Below are positions 18,747 to 28,941 of a stretch of DNA of 64,000 nt, piece by piece (the first letter of the stretch is position 1; the number at the start of each line of letters is the position of its first letter). Location of the stretch: the NCBI GenBank assembly GCA_041664625.1, contig JBAYKK010000001.1, positions 1,956-65,955 of the forward strand, in the 5' to 3' direction. This stretch comes from Minisyncoccota bacterium. Its GTDB lineage: Bacteria > Patescibacteriota > Minisyncoccia > Phycocordibacterales > WO2-35-19. The notes below the pieces were generated by a model, which was not told the DNA's origin, did not search any database, and was given only the letters and a program-made list of their open reading frames with translations. The position numbers were made by a program, and so were the translations under genes.

Positions 18747-19166
18747 ATGTTTTCAATAGATCTTAAAAAAATTACTAAAATATCAGCGATATTTATTATC
18801 CTGGGAGCAGTGATTTTTGGCTATTTTTGTCTAGACACATTTACTCACCATCAAATGGAAGCGGGGTTAACCGGTAACACTTCATCTGTAATGCAGAATG
18901 CTGAATCTTGTTGTAGTACAACTTTTTCAAAATATTCAGAATCCTTACTATCTAATTTTAATTTGTCATCAAGGGCTGATGATTATTTACTCATTCTTAT
19001 TATCTCAGTTGTATTAGCTTATATAATAAATTTGCTACTTCGCAGTATTACAAATACAGGTTCCTTATTGCAGAGATTGTTCTTACTGCAAAACCCAAAT
19101 CTCGTCGCGTTTAATTCTCTTAAACTAGCTTTTTCAAACGGAATAATTAATCCAAAAATTTTTTAA
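18747..19166 (+). CDS. Membrane protein with HH/CC motif heading the DsbA cluster
   Basis: N-terminal TM, HHQM, SCCS, second TM, C-terminus GIINPKIF. Confidence 0.6.
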   Translation: MFSIDLKKITKISAIFIILGAVIFGYFCLDTFTHHQMEAGLTGNTSSVMQNAESCCSTTFSKYSESLLSNFNLSSRADDYLLILIISVVLAYIINLLLRSITNTGSLLQRLFLLQNPNLVAFNSLKLAFSNGIINPKIF

Positions 19167-19244
19167 CTTCCCAAGTTGTTGCGCTTAATAATGTTTAAGC
19201 GCGTGCCTTTTTGTATTTTACTAATTATTAAACTTAAATAAGTT

Positions 19245-19967
19245 ATGGAAACCGAATTAAAAAAAGAGCGTATATCCATACCCACAGCAATTATCCTGGC
19301 GGGTGTATTAATTGCTGGAGCGGTGATATGGAGTAATAAAAGCAATGCAAATTTAGCTCAAAAACAGCAACCTCAACAAGTCGCGCAGCAGACCGGCGAC
19401 CTCGAGCAGATGGCTAAAATATCTGCTAGCGACCACATTCGCGGTAATCCAGATGCGCCAGTTAAAATCGTCGAATACTCGGACCCGGAATGTCCATTCT
19501 GCAAACGCTTCCACGACACGATGAAGCAGGTCATGGATGAGTACGGCAAAGACGGAAAGGTTGCGTGGGTCTACCGTAATTTTCCGCTTGATCAACTCCA
19601 TCCAAAAGCTCGCAATGAATCCGTGGCTATCGAATGTGCCGGTGATTTAGGAGGTAACGACAAATTCTGGTCATATGCCGATCGGCTCTACGAAGTGACT
19701 CCCTCAAACAACGGCCTTGATCCAGCAGAGCTTCCCAAAATAGCTCAATATGTTGGCCTTGATGTAAGTAAATTCAACAGCTGTCTTACGAGTGGAAAAT
19801 TCGACAAACACATTGAGGATGATGTTCAGAATGCCGCTGCAACAGGTGGAAACGGTACGCCATGGAGCATTGTGGTTGATAAGAATGGTAAGAAGTACCC
19901 TCTGTCCGGCGCACAGCCCTACGCTTCAGTAAAACAGCTAATAGATATCGCTCTACAAAGCAAATAA
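19245..19967 (+). CDS. DsbA family thioredoxin-fold oxidoreductase
   Basis: GNPDAPVKIVEYSDPECPFC, RNFPL, GTP, GAQPY. Confidence 0.9.
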   Translation: METELKKERISIPTAIILAGVLIAGAVIWSNKSNANLAQKQQPQQVAQQTGDLEQMAKISASDHIRGNPDAPVKIVEYSDPECPFCKRFHDTMKQVMDEYGKDGKVAWVYRNFPLDQLHPKARNESVAIECAGDLGGNDKFWSYADRLYEVTPSNNGLDPAELPKIAQYVGLDVSKFNSCLTSGKFDKHIEDDVQNAAATGGNGTPWSIVVDKNGKKYPLSGAQPYASVKQLIDIALQSK

Positions 19968-19971
19968 CTCT

Positions 19972-20514
19972 ATGGTATTTCAAGCTCTGCAAAAAGTATT
20001 CCGGAGACCACAGTATGCGCTACTTGCTTTCGTAACAAGCGTAACAGTCTTTGTGTTTGCTGTCTGGTTCCCAAACCTACCACTGATTGTAAGAATCATG
20101 GGACACTCAGACATATTATTCTCGCAGAAGTTTGATCTACCAATCAGTCTTTTAGGATCAATTGTTACCAACTTCACTCTGCTCTCCGCTTCATACACTA
20201 TAGCTATCGCTATTTTGTTCGGAATTAATCTGTCTATGCTCGTCTACTTTTTGCGGCGAAGAGTTGCTGAAGTAAAACAAGGAGGAATTGCCACAGGAAT
20301 ATTTGGTATTACGAGCGGAGTTGTAGGAATCGGCTGTGCCGCCTGCGGATCGTTTCTCTTGACCAGTATTCTCTCGCTAGTTGGTGCATCCTGGATACTT
20401 TCATTTCTTCCCTTGCGCGGAGCGGAATTTGGCATCTTAGGGGTAATCTTACTTTCCACATCACTCTACACAACAGCGAAGAAAATCCAAAATCCGGTTA
20501 TCTGCAAAATTTAG
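19972..20514 (+). CDS. Membrane protein with GCAACG motif
   Basis: Multiple hydrophobic segments, CxxC in membrane, coupled to the DsbA gene. Confidence 0.7.
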   Translation: MVFQALQKVFRRPQYALLAFVTSVTVFVFAVWFPNLPLIVRIMGHSDILFSQKFDLPISLLGSIVTNFTLLSASYTIAIAILFGINLSMLVYFLRRRVAEVKQGGIATGIFGITSGVVGIGCAACGSFLLTSILSLVGASWILSFLPLRGAEFGILGVILLSTSLYTTAKKIQNPVICKI

Positions 20515-20537
20515 CCACAATCATTTAAATCAAAAAT

Positions 20538-21134
20538 ATGGAACCCACAATAAATCAAGAATTAACACGTCAGCAGCGCAGAGAGGTTGAACGACAAGAA
20601 AGAAAAAAAGGAGAAGGGTCGTCTCTACAAAAACGGAAAATAAAAAAGGTTTTGCTTTGGACAATCGGTACTCTTATCGTGATTGGGATAATCTATTTGC
20701 TTGCAATAAGTGTAAAAAACCAAAAACCAAGGCCTGGTGAAGCCTTTTCAGTACAAGGACAAGAACATATTGCGGTTGGAGCAACTCACGAAGAGTACAA
20801 CTCTAACTTACCCACATCCGGCCCTCATTACGCACAACCCGCAAAATGGGGAGTGTACCAGAGCGAACTGCCTGATGAACAAGTTGTCCACAATCTTGAG
20901 CACGGTGGCATCTGGATTGCTTATAAAGACATTCCTGAAGACACAAAAACTACTTTGGAAGAAATTACAAAATCCGGATTGAAGATAATTATGACACCCA
21001 GAGCCAAAAATGATGCACCTATCACTCTCGCTTCTTGGGGAAGAGTTCAGAAGTTTGAGAGTTTTGACAGACAGGCCATCTTAGACTTTATCAGAGCCAA
21101 TACTAACAAATCACCTGAACCATTTGCGCAGTAG
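20538..21134 (+). CDS. DUF3105 domain protein
   Basis: YNSNLPTSGPHY, VHNLEHGGIWIAY, ASWG. Confidence 0.8.
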   Translation: MEPTINQELTRQQRREVERQERKKGEGSSLQKRKIKKVLLWTIGTLIVIGIIYLLAISVKNQKPRPGEAFSVQGQEHIAVGATHEEYNSNLPTSGPHYAQPAKWGVYQSELPDEQVVHNLEHGGIWIAYKDIPEDTKTTLEEITKSGLKIIMTPRAKNDAPITLASWGRVQKFESFDRQAILDFIRANTNKSPEPFAQ

Positions 21135-21173
21135 GCGAGAAATAAAGAATGTTGGTTATCCACAGGTGTATAT

Positions 21174-21210
21174 TTGACAAATAGAGTATAGGGGTATAGG
21201 GTATATATAG
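21174..21210 (+). promoter_or_regulatory. Promoter with putative CsoR operator
   Basis: TTGACA followed by GTATAGGGGTATAGGGTATA, a G-tract flanked by TATA arms, upstream of the csoR-like gene. Confidence 0.6.
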
Positions 21211-21253
21211 GTCGATAATAATCAATCCAAATTACCCTATAAACCACTAAATC

Positions 21254-21526
21254 ATGTTAGATCAAAAACTAAAAAAGAAAGCCACCCACCGAGCCAGAAT
21301 CATTCGCGGTCAGATGGATGGCTTAATAAAAGCAATAGAAGAAGAAAAGTATTGTGTTGATTTGATAACACAGTCTCGATCAATTCAGCTCTCACTCAAG
21401 AGTATGGACAGGGTGCTTCTTGCCAACCATCTTCAGGGTCATGTGAAGCACATGCTCAATGATAAAAAACAAGAAGCCAAAGCCATTAAAGAGCTCGTCG
21501 ACCTCTACGCGTTATCAAACAAATAA
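21254..21526 (+). CDS. CsoR/RcnR family metal-sensing repressor
   Basis: RARIIRGQMDG, YC.D...Q, HLQGH. Confidence 0.85.
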   Translation: MLDQKLKKKATHRARIIRGQMDGLIKAIEEEKYCVDLITQSRSIQLSLKSMDRVLLANHLQGHVKHMLNDKKQEAKAIKELVDLYALSNK

Positions 21527-21528
21527 CC

Positions 21529-21738
21529 ATGCGCAAAAAAATTACATCATTTTTAAAGAAATTTGGAATGCATGAGGTGAAAGAACCTCAGACTTTCTTT
21601 GATGTTGTTTGCGGTATGGAGCTTACAGTGGATAAAATCAAGCACACCGTTGAGCACACGAACGGCACTGCGTATCATTTCTGTTCGAAGTCGTGCAAGG
21701 ATCATTTCGTCAATGATCCTCAAAAATATCTAAGTTAA
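21529..21738 (+). CDS. YHS domain protein
   Basis: DVVCGM...YHFCSKSC...F..DPQKY. Confidence 0.85.
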   Translation: MRKKITSFLKKFGMHEVKEPQTFFDVVCGMELTVDKIKHTVEHTNGTAYHFCSKSCKDHFVNDPQKYLS

Positions 21739-21760
21739 TTAATCAATTAACTCAAAAAAT

Positions 21761-21997
21761 ATGAAGATGTCAAAAATATTGCATGTTGTCAGCGTTATAT
21801 CGGGAATCTTGGGAGTCCTCTCTTTTCTTGGTTTGTTTGGCGGAGGAATGATGTCTGGGTTCTCTGGAATGATGGGATACGGACAAGGGTCTACACTCAT
21901 GCCCATGGGTTCGATAGTATTCTTTCTCATCGCTATCTGGCTTCAGCTCGCAACCATGCATCACATGATGCTCGAGAAGAAAAGAGAGCTTGTTTAG
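21761..21997 (+). CDS. Met-rich small membrane protein
   Basis: GMM repeats, two TM segments, HHMM tail. Confidence 0.6.
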   Translation: MKMSKILHVVSVISGILGVLSFLGLFGGGMMSGFSGMMGYGQGSTLMPMGSIVFFLIAIWLQLATMHHMMLEKKRELV

Positions 21998-22011
21998 ATT
22001 AAAAACTAATA

Positions 22012-22194
22012 ATGAAAACCATGGAAAATAACCACCCATCAAGAAAAGTGTTCGATCCAGTGTGTGGCATGGAGCTTGATATTGAAAATGTCAGACATTC
22101 TTTTGAACACGAAGGTATAGAGTATTACTTCTGTTCTGAGAAGTGCAAAACTGAATTTATTAATGATCCGGAAAAGTTTATTAAAAAAGATTAA
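22012..22194 (+). CDS. YHS domain protein
   Basis: DPVCGM...YYFCSEKC...F..DPEKF. Confidence 0.85.
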   Translation: MKTMENNHPSRKVFDPVCGMELDIENVRHSFEHEGIEYYFCSEKCKTEFINDPEKFIKKD

Positions 22195-22224
22195 TTATCA
22201 CTTAATTAATAATTAACAAAAAAT

Positions 22225-22491
22225 ATGAATCTCTCACTAAAATCATATGGCTGGAAGTGTGTCATTGGAGCCGAAGTGGCATACATTCTTTGTGTATTGG
22301 GCGGATTCCTCCCCTTACGGTCAGCGGCTGGGATACAGCTTCATCACACCATTTTTGAAACTCTACCTGGCTTTACTTGGATTAGTTTTGGCAGCTTCAT
22401 ACTTGGTGCAATCTATATGTTCGTCTTCGCTTGGATTTTCGCTTCCTATTTCGTGTGGATGCACAATTCAAGTTTAATAAGTACTAAATAA
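22225..22491 (+). CDS. DUF5676-like small membrane protein
   Basis: YILC..., LPGFTWISFGSFILG. Confidence 0.6.
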   Translation: MNLSLKSYGWKCVIGAEVAYILCVLGGFLPLRSAAGIQLHHTIFETLPGFTWISFGSFILGAIYMFVFAWIFASYFVWMHNSSLISTK

Positions 22492-22499
22492 TCAAAATT

Positions 22500-22799
22500 A
22501 TGCACAACCACGAAAAAGACAATAAAGGAATGGGTTCTATGATGTGGATGATGCTCATCTGCTGTGCTGTACCACTGATTCTTATTCTTCTCTTTGGAGT
22601 AGGAGGCAAAGCATTTGGCGCTTCGTCATGGGTTATTTTTGGTGGAGTTGCGTTTATGCTGTTGGCCCACTTCTTTATGATGAGAGGCCATGGACATTCT
22701 AATGAAGAAAAAGATAAACAAGGTATTGCTGGTGAAGATAGCAAAAACAAAGATGATAAGGACCACAAAGATCATTCCGGTCATGGATGTTGCAGTTAA
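22500..22799 (+). CDS. His/Cys-rich small membrane protein (DUF2933-like)
   Basis: MMLICCAVP, HFFMMRGHGH, HGCC tail. Confidence 0.6.
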   Translation: MHNHEKDNKGMGSMMWMMLICCAVPLILILLFGVGGKAFGASSWVIFGGVAFMLLAHFFMMRGHGHSNEEKDKQGIAGEDSKNKDDKDHKDHSGHGCCS

Positions 22800-22815
22800 A
22801 TAAAGTTAAAATTAT

Positions 22816-23025
22816 ATGGAAAACAAAATAAAATCATTGATCAAAAAATTGAGTAGGTTTGGTTTTAGTGTCAAACCCAAAAAAGAAAGCCATATAGATC
22901 CCGTGTGCGGAATGGCGGTGTCGGATGATTCTCTCAAAGCCGATTATAAAGGCAAAAGTTATTATTTTTGCTCAAGCCACTGTAAAGAACAGTTCATAGC
23001 CAATCCTAGTGAGTACGTAGATTAA
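22816..23025 (+). CDS. YHS domain protein
   Basis: DPVCGM...YYFCSSHC...F.ANP. Confidence 0.85.
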   Translation: MENKIKSLIKKLSRFGFSVKPKKESHIDPVCGMAVSDDSLKADYKGKSYYFCSSHCKEQFIANPSEYVD

Positions 23026-23029
23026 AAAC

Positions 23030-23482
23030 ATGGATACAAAACAGAAGACAAAAATATTCCTTAATGCCATTACGGCGACTCTTTCGCTTCTACTTTTGTA
23101 TTTTGCCATAGTTACTCTGGTATCTGGCTTCAAATTTGCCATGTCTCAATTTGAAAGCTTTTGGTATTTTTTAATCAGTCTGGCGATAGGATTTGGAATC
23201 CAGATTGGTCTGTACTCTTATCTCAAACAACTGGTTAAAAACAGCAACACGATTATGAAGGACAAGACTATTGCAGTAACTGGGACAACTTCCACTCTAG
23301 CCATGATTTCATGCTGTGCTCATTATCTTGCCAATATTGTACCCATACTTGGTATAGCCGGAGCGCTTACTATTATCGCCCAATATCAAACTGAGATTTT
23401 CTGGGTTGGACTTGCATTTAACCTGTTTGGCATTGCATTTATCAGTAATAAAGTCATTAAATTTAAAAAATATCATGAATAA
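23030..23482 (+). CDS. Membrane protein with CCAH motif
   Basis: GFGIQIGLY, MISCCAHY. Confidence 0.65.
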   Translation: MDTKQKTKIFLNAITATLSLLLLYFAIVTLVSGFKFAMSQFESFWYFLISLAIGFGIQIGLYSYLKQLVKNSNTIMKDKTIAVTGTTSTLAMISCCAHYLANIVPILGIAGALTIIAQYQTEIFWVGLAFNLFGIAFISNKVIKFKKYHE

Positions 23483-23936
23483 AACAATTACAATATTGGT
23501 ACTGGTACTTGCTTTTATAGGTGGCTTCCTGCTTTTTTATAAGCCTAAACAAATTTCTAGTCCGACTACAGACAATTCTCCTGCATCAAGTACATTGGGT
23601 CAGTGGGAAACAAAAACTGATGAACAAGCAAATGTAACGGTTACCATTACCCCATCTGACATATCCATAGATTCAAAGGAGTGGAAATTTGATGTTGTTA
23701 TGAATACCCATTCGGTAGAATTGGATCAAGATATGGTTAAGGCGACAATTCTTATAGATAATCCGGGGGAGGAATATAAACCATTGCGCTGGGAAGGCGC
23801 TGGGCCTGGGGGCCATCACAGAGAAGGCACTTTGGTTTTTGCTCCAATCAAGCCCTATCCACAACACCTAAGCTTGATTATTAAGGGTATTGGCGACAAA
23901 GACAAAGCCTTTGCGTGGATCTTAAATGGGGAATAA
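23475..23936 (+). CDS. Exported protein with NTHS and GGHH motifs
   Basis: N-terminal anchor; His motifs suggest metal binding. Confidence 0.6.
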   Translation: MNKTITILVLVLAFIGGFLLFYKPKQISSPTTDNSPASSTLGQWETKTDEQANVTVTITPSDISIDSKEWKFDVVMNTHSVELDQDMVKATILIDNPGEEYKPLRWEGAGPGGHHREGTLVFAPIKPYPQHLSLIIKGIGDKDKAFAWILNGE

Positions 23937-23959
23937 TTTTTTAATCAAATCAGAACGAT

Positions 23960-24484
23960 ATGAATCCAAAAATAAGACATCATGAAGAAAGTACGATAGT
24001 AGACATTTCTCCTATGAGACTTTTTGCGTACGTGGATGACCATGCCCGTTTTGCGTCACACATGAATAGTTCTTCTTGGATGATGGGCGGAGGACATATG
24101 AATACCCAAGTTGATACGGGGCGTGGCCAAAGAGTCGGTTCACATATACAAATGGACGGAAAAATTTTGGGCATTAATCTTTATCTTGATGAAGTTGTAA
24201 CGCAATACGAACCGCCTTATTTAAAAATATGGAAAACAGTTGGAGATATAAACCTCTTAATAATCGGCCACTATCAAATGGGTTTTAAAATAGAAGAAGA
24301 ACGTGGTAAGTCATTATTTACGGTGTTTATAAATTATAAACTGCCCCAATATATCGGTACTCGCTGGTTGGGATATTTATTGGGAGGAGTTTATGCGAAG
24401 TGGTGCGTTAAACAAATGCTTTCAGGCCCAACAAAATATTTTAATCATAATAACAAGAGACAAAATTATGGAACACAATCATAA
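23960..24484 (+). CDS. SRPBCC-like protein
   Basis: LFAYVDDH, helix-grip pattern, located in the copper cluster. Confidence 0.55.
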   Translation: MNPKIRHHEESTIVDISPMRLFAYVDDHARFASHMNSSSWMMGGGHMNTQVDTGRGQRVGSHIQMDGKILGINLYLDEVVTQYEPPYLKIWKTVGDINLLIIGHYQMGFKIEEERGKSLFTVFINYKLPQYIGTRWLGYLLGGVYAKWCVKQMLSGPTKYFNHNNKRQNYGTQS

Positions 24485-26654
24485 TCCAATGAAAGAAAAA
24501 GATGGAATAATATACACCTGCCCCATGCATCCGGAGGTAAGGAAAACCGAGCCAGGCAAATGTCCAGGTTGCGGTATGGACTTGATTCCTGAAAAGAAAT
24601 CGGTAGGGGTTCACGCTGACCATGATATGCAAAAGATGAGCCATATGGATCATGAATCTGCCATGACAAATCCTCAGATGGCCAAGAAAATGGAAAAAGA
24701 TATGCGCCGAAGATTTTGGATTTCTTTCTTACTTTCCATCCCCATCTTTCTCTACTCCCCAGTCGGCATTAATTTCTTTGGGCTCAATCTGCCAACCCCA
24801 ATACCTATAAATTGGCTTCTCTTTATACTTACAACTCCGATAGTATTTTGGACCGGCTCGATCTTTATTACTGGTACCTACTACTCGCTCAAAGCCAAAA
24901 AACTCAATATGGCCGTGCTTATAGCCACCGGCGTTTTAGCTGCGTATCTTTTTAGTGTACTCCTCACTTTTATTCGACCGGGTAGCGAAACTTTTTATGA
25001 AGCGGCAGCTCTTTTAGTTACTTTCGTGTTGTTTGGCCATTGGATGGAAATGAAATCCCGCAGAGGCACTTCTGATTCGCTTAGGGCTCTTTTTGATCTT
25101 GTTCCACCAAAGGCAATTGTTATAAGAGATGGAAAAGAGTTGGTTATTTTAAGTTCCGAAATTATTAAAGGAGATATTGTTTTGGTAAAACCGGGTGACA
25201 AAATTCCGGTGGACGGCAAGGTTATTGAAGGAGAAACCAGTATAGATGAATCTCTCATTACCGGAGAATCAATTCCCGTAAGCAAAAATATCGGCGATGC
25301 TGTCGTTGGCGGATCGGTCAATATCACCGGGGTTATCAAATTTAAAGCTGAAAAAGTCGGTGCTGACACTGTATTAGCAAGCATCATTAAAATGGTTGAA
25401 ACTGCCCAGAACTCCAAAGCTCCTGGCCAGCGTATTGCCGATAAGGCGGCCGGATGGCTGGTAGTTGTAGCGATTGGCTCAGGGCTGGCCGCTTTTTTTG
25501 GCTGGTATGTATTCGCCGGCGCTGCTTTGATCACTGCTCTTACCTTTGCAGTCTCAACAGTGGTCATCGCGTGCCCTGACGCTCTTGGTTTAGCTACCCC
25601 TACGGCCGTTGCGGTGGGTACTGGAATAGGAGCTAAAAATAATATCCTTATCAAAGATGCGGCTACTTTGGAAAATACTTCTCGCCTAACTGCTATCGTG
25701 CTTGATAAGACCGGTACTTTAACTGAAGGAAAACCGAAAGTGACTGATGTTATTGCTTTCAATGGATTTACTGAAGATGAGATCATGAAATACGAAGCCA
25801 CTATTGAGTCCGGTTCCAATCATCCAATTGCCAAAGCTATTATTGACGAAGCAAAAAATAGAAATATTGAAATTGCTTCTCATCAAAATTTTGAATCAGT
25901 GGCAGGACACGGGCTAAGAGCGGTCATAGACGGCAAAAAAATATTAACTGGCAAAGAAAAACTATTGAATGATAATGGTGTTGATATAATAAAAGAAAGG
26001 ATTGTCTTTGAACGCTTGGCGAGTGAAGGTAAAACAGTCAGTATTTTGGCAGTTGACGGCAAAGTTGCCGGAGTAATAGCGGTAGCCGATACTATTAAAC
26101 CAAATTCCAAGAAAGCGATAGTTGCTCTAAAAAAATTAGGGCTTGAAGTCATTATGATTACCGGTGATAACCAGCGTGTTGCTCAAGGTGTCGCTAATGA
26201 GCTCGGCATAGACCGCTTCTTTGCTGAGGTCTTGCCGGAAGAAAAAGAAAACTATGTAAAAAAACTGCAAGATGAAGGGAAATTTGTGGCTATGGTTGGC
26301 GATGGTATAAATGACGCTCCCGCTTTGGCTCGTTCGGATATTGGTATTGCCATAGGAGCGGGTACAGACGTGGCTATTGAGACCGGCAATATTGTGCTTA
26401 TGAAATCCGATCCTTATGATATTGTGGCCGCCATTCGTTTAAGTAAAGCGACTGTCAGAAAAATGAAGCAAAATCTGTTTTGGGCTGCCATATACAACCT
26501 CCTTGCCATTCCAGTTGCGGCCGGGGCATTTTATAACTCGTTTGGGTTATCTCTTCGACCAGAAATAGCGGCGCTTTTAATGTCCGCTTCATCTATAATT
26601 GTCGCTACCAATGCTGTTTTGCTTAAAAGAGTGGAATCAAAATTAAAATTATAA
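24468..26654 (+). CDS. Copper-translocating P1B-type ATPase (CPD variant)
   Basis: YTCPMHP..CPGCGM domain, TGES, CPDALGLATP, DKTGT, GDGINDAP, YN and MSASS. Confidence 0.92.
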   Translation: MEHNHNPMKEKDGIIYTCPMHPEVRKTEPGKCPGCGMDLIPEKKSVGVHADHDMQKMSHMDHESAMTNPQMAKKMEKDMRRRFWISFLLSIPIFLYSPVGINFFGLNLPTPIPINWLLFILTTPIVFWTGSIFITGTYYSLKAKKLNMAVLIATGVLAAYLFSVLLTFIRPGSETFYEAAALLVTFVLFGHWMEMKSRRGTSDSLRALFDLVPPKAIVIRDGKELVILSSEIIKGDIVLVKPGDKIPVDGKVIEGETSIDESLITGESIPVSKNIGDAVVGGSVNITGVIKFKAEKVGADTVLASIIKMVETAQNSKAPGQRIADKAAGWLVVVAIGSGLAAFFGWYVFAGAALITALTFAVSTVVIACPDALGLATPTAVAVGTGIGAKNNILIKDAATLENTSRLTAIVLDKTGTLTEGKPKVTDVIAFNGFTEDEIMKYEATIESGSNHPIAKAIIDEAKNRNIEIASHQNFESVAGHGLRAVIDGKKILTGKEKLLNDNGVDIIKERIVFERLASEGKTVSILAVDGKVAGVIAVADTIKPNSKKAIVALKKLGLEVIMITGDNQRVAQGVANELGIDRFFAEVLPEEKENYVKKLQDEGKFVAMVGDGINDAPALARSDIGIAIGAGTDVAIETGNIVLMKSDPYDIVAAIRLSKATVRKMKQNLFWAAIYNLLAIPVAAGAFYNSFGLSLRPEIAALLMSASSIIVATNAVLLKRVESKLKL

Positions 26655-26658
26655 ATTT

Positions 26659-28263
26659 ATGAAAAATAAACTAACTATAGGAATCATTGCAGCCGTAGTC
26701 ATCATAGGTGGGATTGTCCTTGTACAAAGTCCGGACACTGGTAATAAAGTATTGGCTGGAAGTTTTTCTACTGATATAACCGGTCTGGCAGAAGCCAAAA
26801 CATCAGAGACTGTTGAGCTTAAAAACGGCGATACCTACGATCTCACGGCTTCAATTGTGAAGAAGATGATTGGCAACAGCGTGGTCAAAATGCTCGCCTA
26901 TAACGGCATGATTCCGGGACCCATGATTAAAGTGGAGCAAGGTGCGGAAGTAACACTCAATTTCACTAATAATACAGATGTTGACACCACGATTCATTCC
27001 CACGGAGTGCGACTTGATAATAAATTCGATGGCGTTCCAGACGTGACACAAAAAGAAGTTAAAACGGGCGAATCTTTCACTTATAAGGTCAAATTCCCTG
27101 ACGAGGGCATGTACTGGTATCACCCTCATATTCGAGAAGATTACGCACAGGAGCTTGGCCTTTACGGCAACTATCTTGTTACTCCCAATGATCCGAACTA
27201 CTGGTCTCCGGTCAATCGTGAAGTTGCGTTGTTCATAGACGACATCCTTATAGAAAACGGCAAGATTGCGACGTTTAGCAAAGCGTCTGCAGATCGCACG
27301 CTTATGGGCAGGTTCGGCAATACCATGCTTGTAAATGGCGAGATTGACTACACACTTCAAGCAAAAGCAGGAGAAGTAATCCGCTTCTATATCACGAACT
27401 CCGCGAATACAAGAACGTTTAATATCTCTATCCCCGGCGCAAAAATGAAACTTGTGGGAGCTGATGGCGGAAAATATGAACGCGAAACGTGGAGCGACGG
27501 TGTGGTTCTAGGCCCTTCTGAACGTACAATCGTTGAGGTGCTCTTTGCGAATTCCGGATCTTATATGCTTCAGCACAAAACTCCGAATCGTACTTATACA
27601 TTGGGAACGATTAATGTTACCAACGAGAAAGTAATTAATTCATTTGAGAAAGAGTTTGTGATACTACGTTCAAACAAAGACATGCAAGCGGAAATTGACG
27701 CATTCAGACCATTTTTCAATAAACCGGCAGATAAGCGTTTGAAGCTCACTATTGATATGGGTATGCAGATGCAGGGCATGATGCAAAACAATACCGGTGG
27801 CCACAATATGAATATGATGGGCGGCAATCAAATGATGCCCAACAGCGAAATGGTGGCTAGTGGCGATCCTATTGAGTGGGAGGAAAACAGTGCAACAATG
27901 AACGTTATGTCCAATTCTGAAATTATGAAATGGGTTATCCAAGACGAAGACACTGGCAAGAAAAATATGGATATTGATTGGAGCTTCAAAGTTGGCGACA
28001 AAGTTAAAATCAAAATCACCAACGATCCGAAGTCCGTGCACCCAATGCAACACCCTATTCACTTCCACGGCCAACGTTTTTTAGTACTTTCAACAAACGG
28101 CAAACCGAACGATAATCTTGTGTGGAAAGATACTACTCTAATCCCAAACGGAGATACAGTTGAACTTCTTGTTGAAATGACAAATCCAGGTGAATGGATG
28201 GCACACTGCCACATTGCCGAGCATTTGGAGGCAAGCATGATGTTTGGTTTTAAGGTTAATTAA
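26659..28263 (+). CDS. Multicopper oxidase
   Basis: HSHG, WYHPH, HPIHFHG, HCHIAEHLEASM; Met-rich insert. Confidence 0.93.
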   Translation: MKNKLTIGIIAAVVIIGGIVLVQSPDTGNKVLAGSFSTDITGLAEAKTSETVELKNGDTYDLTASIVKKMIGNSVVKMLAYNGMIPGPMIKVEQGAEVTLNFTNNTDVDTTIHSHGVRLDNKFDGVPDVTQKEVKTGESFTYKVKFPDEGMYWYHPHIREDYAQELGLYGNYLVTPNDPNYWSPVNREVALFIDDILIENGKIATFSKASADRTLMGRFGNTMLVNGEIDYTLQAKAGEVIRFYITNSANTRTFNISIPGAKMKLVGADGGKYERETWSDGVVLGPSERTIVEVLFANSGSYMLQHKTPNRTYTLGTINVTNEKVINSFEKEFVILRSNKDMQAEIDAFRPFFNKPADKRLKLTIDMGMQMQGMMQNNTGGHNMNMMGGNQMMPNSEMVASGDPIEWEENSATMNVMSNSEIMKWVIQDEDTGKKNMDIDWSFKVGDKVKIKITNDPKSVHPMQHPIHFHGQRFLVLSTNGKPNDNLVWKDTTLIPNGDTVELLVEMTNPGEWMAHCHIAEHLEASMMFGFKVN

Positions 28264-28281
28264 AATTATAAAAATAAAAAT

Positions 28282-28914
28282 ATGTCATCAGCATCAGGTT
28301 ATGGAATGTGGGGATTGGTAGTATTAAATGTAGCGATTTTTCTTATATTCGCTTTCAGTTTTACTCATCCAAAAACAAAAAGAGATTGGCGATCATTCGG
28401 AGCATTTTCGGCATTTATTGTGGCGTTGTTTACAGAAATGTATGGCTTTCCGCTGACCATTTATTTTCTTTCCGGTTGGCTTACGAAATGGGTACCCGGA
28501 CTTGATCCTTTTACACACAACTCTGGTCATATTTTAGAAGACCTTTTTGGGTGGGGTGGCGATCCTCATTTTGGACCGTTCCATATTGCAAGCTATATTC
28601 TGATTTTTTACGGATTTAGTTTGCTTGCTAAATCATGGAAAGTTCTTTATGCAAGTCAGCGTGAACATACTCTCGCCACTACCGGCCCGTACGCTCGTAT
28701 CCGCCATCCTCAATATGTGGGATTTGTAACTATCATGTTCGGATTTCTTTTGCAGTGGCCTACTATACTCACGGTTATCATGTTTCCAATTCTAATATGG
28801 GTTTATACTCGCCTTGCTTACAGAGAAGAAAGAGAAATGCAAAAAGAATTTGGCGATGTTTACAAAAAATATTATGAACAAGTTCCCGCTTTTATTCCTA
28901 GGTTAAAAAAGTAA
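28282..28914 (+). CDS. Isoprenylcysteine carboxylmethyltransferase family membrane protein
   Basis: GPYARIRHPQY, EE..M...FG..Y..Y...VPAFIP. Confidence 0.85.
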   Translation: MSSASGYGMWGLVVLNVAIFLIFAFSFTHPKTKRDWRSFGAFSAFIVALFTEMYGFPLTIYFLSGWLTKWVPGLDPFTHNSGHILEDLFGWGGDPHFGPFHIASYILIFYGFSLLAKSWKVLYASQREHTLATTGPYARIRHPQYVGFVTIMFGFLLQWPTILTVIMFPILIWVYTRLAYREEREMQKEFGDVYKKYYEQVPAFIPRLKK

Positions 28915-28941
28915 AGTATGCTATACTTTTAGCAACCAAAT

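Noticed and set aside
24995-25819. Long antisense ORFs (also 55454-55963, 56725-57225, 41061-41588, 38681-39193)
   Set aside because: Shadow frames of well-supported genes on the opposite strand.
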